DNA of 64,000 bases. It comes from Acutalibacteraceae bacterium (lineage in GTDB: Bacteria > Bacillota > Clostridia > Oscillospirales > Acutalibacteraceae). The DNA is taken from the NCBI GenBank assembly GCA_045536195.1, contig JAZSNB010000118.1:247-64246 (forward strand). Reading direction: 5' to 3'. Shown piece by piece: positions 62,688-64,000 of this stretch. Each line of letters starts with the position of its first letter. The stretch's first letter is position 1. Under the pieces are notes generated by a model. It saw only the letters and a list, made by a program, of their open reading frames with translations, had not been told where the DNA came from and did no database searches. Both the position numbers and the translations under genes were made by a program.

Positions 62688-63726
62688 GTTAAAAAAACTC
62701 ATACAAAAGCTTAATACCGAACACTCTCTTACAGTCGGTGAGTACGAATACCTTGTAAAAAACTACTCCGATGAAGCACTGGGTTATATAGCACCTATTG
62801 CACTCCAAGCCAAAAAGAGCATATACGGAGATGATATATATATCCGCGGTCTTATAGAGATATCCAACATATGTAAAAACGATTGTCTATACTGCGGTAT
62901 CCGTGCGTCAAACAAAGAGTGCAAAAGATACCGCCTCACAAAAGAGGAAATTCTCTCTTGCTGTGAAAACGGATACAAGCTGGGCTTTCGTACCTTTGTG
63001 CTTCAGGGCGGTGAGGATATGCACTATACCGACGGGGTTTTGTGCGATATTGTAAAATCCATAAAGGAAAGCTACCCCGATTGTGCCGTTACTCTCTCCA
63101 TGGGTGAAAGAAGCTATGAAAGCTACAAGCATCTTAAAAGTGCAGGGGCGGACAGATACCTGCTTCGCCACGAAACTGCAGACAGACGCCACTATCGGAA
63201 ACTTCACCCAAATAAAATGAGCTTCGATAACAGAATGAAGTGCCTTAAAGTTCTTAAAGAGCTTGGATATCAGACGGGTTGCGGTTTTATGGTAGGCTCT
63301 CCCTATCAAAAAAACCGTCATATTGCAAAGGACCTCAAATTTATAGAAACCTTTTCTCCCCAAATGTGCGGAATAGGACCTTTTATACCGCATAAGGACA
63401 CACCGTTTTCGGATTACCCTGCAGGAGATGTGAACTTTTGCACCTACCTTCTTGCTATAATAAGACTCATAAAGCCAAATATACTCCTGCCTGCTACAAC
63501 TGCTCTTGCAACCCTGTCGGATGGCGGACGGCTAAAAGCGATTTTGTGCGGAGCAAATGTCGTGATGCCAAATCTCTCGCCCGAGGATGCCAAGAAAAAC
63601 TACAATCTCTACAACGGTAAGAAAGCAACAGGACTTGAGGCGGCAGAGCATTTAGAAAACTTAAAAGAACAATTACAACCCGCAGGTGCACGCATAGTGT
63701 ATAGCCGAGGAGATATGAAAGGATGA
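62677..63726 (+). CDS. hydE: [FeFe]-hydrogenase maturase HydE (radical SAM)
   Basis: 349 aa, BioB-like, with the CKNDCLYCGIR CxxxCxxC motif. It is followed by hydG. Confidence 0.85.
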   Translation: MKNKLKKLIQKLNTEHSLTVGEYEYLVKNYSDEALGYIAPIALQAKKSIYGDDIYIRGLIEISNICKNDCLYCGIRASNKECKRYRLTKEEILSCCENGYKLGFRTFVLQGGEDMHYTDGVLCDIVKSIKESYPDCAVTLSMGERSYESYKHLKSAGADRYLLRHETADRRHYRKLHPNKMSFDNRMKCLKVLKELGYQTGCGFMVGSPYQKNRHIAKDLKFIETFSPQMCGIGPFIPHKDTPFSDYPAGDVNFCTYLLAIIRLIKPNILLPATTALATLSDGGRLKAILCGANVVMPNLSPEDAKKNYNLYNGKKATGLEAAEHLENLKEQLQPAGARIVYSRGDMKG

Positions 63727-63732
63727 TAAATT

Positions 63733-64000
63733 ATGTATAACCCAAAATCACTCAAAGCAGAAGAATTCATAAGCCATGCCGAAATACTTGAAACCATAGA
63801 ATATGCTGAGAAAAACAAAGATAATTTTGCATTAATCGAAGAAATCCTCGAAAAAGCCCGTCCCAAAAAAACAGAAGAAGGAATTGTATGCAAGGGACTT
63901 ACCCACAGAGAAGCCTCTGTTCTTCTGGCGTGCGACAACGAGGAAATAACAGACAGAATATATAAGCTTGCCGAAGAAATAAAACTTTCCTTTTACGGCA
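63733..64000 (+). CDS. hydG: [FeFe]-hydrogenase maturase HydG, N-terminal fragment (continues beyond the window)
   Basis: My own translation from the ATG at 63733 gives MYNPKSLKAEEFISHAEILETIEYAEKNKDNFALIEEILEKARPKK...GLTHREASVLLAC, a ThiH/HydG-like N-terminus. Confidence 0.75.
   Translation, partial: MYNPKSLKAEEFISHAEILETIEYAEKNKDNFALIEEILEKARPKKTEEGIVCKGLTHREASVLLACDNEEITDRIYKLAEEIKLSFYG

Noticed and set aside
1-64000. Search for mobile elements, prophage, defence islands, rRNA or tRNA genes
   Set aside because: No integrase, transposase or recombinase-like ORF, no inverted terminal repeats, no tRNA cloverleaf-like intergenic sequence and no restriction, Cas or abortive-infection-like genes were recognisable. 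The intergenic regions are accounted for by promoters, terminators, two T-boxes, the glmS ribozyme and the hyd leader.

Overview
This 64 kb window looks like chromosomal DNA from a Clostridia-type Firmicute, possibly Oscillospiraceae/Ruminococcaceae-like, though that placement is a guess. The evidence is AGGAGG ribosome-binding sites, canonical TTGACA-17-TATAAT promoters, a BofA sporulation gene, [FeFe]-hydrogenase maturases and Bacillus-like synteny. Most of the window is housekeeping. It holds nusB-xseA-xseB-ispA-dxs-tlyA-nadK-argR-recN, glmU-pth-mfd-comEC-holA, the ybxF-rpsL-rpsG-fusA-tuf str operon, a glmS ribozyme followed by glmS-glmM, and hydE-hydG. I saw no rRNA, tRNA, CRISPR array, transposase or integrase.

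The most interesting region is 19.2-30.5 kb on the minus strand, which carries two tandem operons, each behind a well-formed T-box leader.
- The first leader has an apparent Leu CUC specifier. It controls a LeuA-like protein with degenerate catalytic motifs, translationally coupled to a TIM-barrel/acyl-CoA-ligase fusion.
- The second leader has a probable Ile AUC specifier. It controls an XRE-HTH/cupin/acyl-CoA-synthetase fusion, a MinD/CooC-like ATPase, a four-subunit 2-oxoacid:ferredoxin oxidoreductase and IlvE.

I read this as a tRNA-charging-sensing system that makes branched-chain amino acids from branched-chain fatty acids: activation to the CoA thioester, reductive carboxylation, then transamination.

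A second theme is three large signal-peptide proteins (1146, about 405 and 2299 aa) that lack LPXTG, SLH or dockerin anchors. All three end in an aromatic amphipathic helix. Two of them share a clearly homologous CxxCG / acidic linker / CxxCGKxH / helix module.

Smaller items are an attenuator-like leader before the hydrogenase-maturation operon, an FTR-like/thioredoxin/GH43 operon, and a ComEC with a degenerate nuclease domain.
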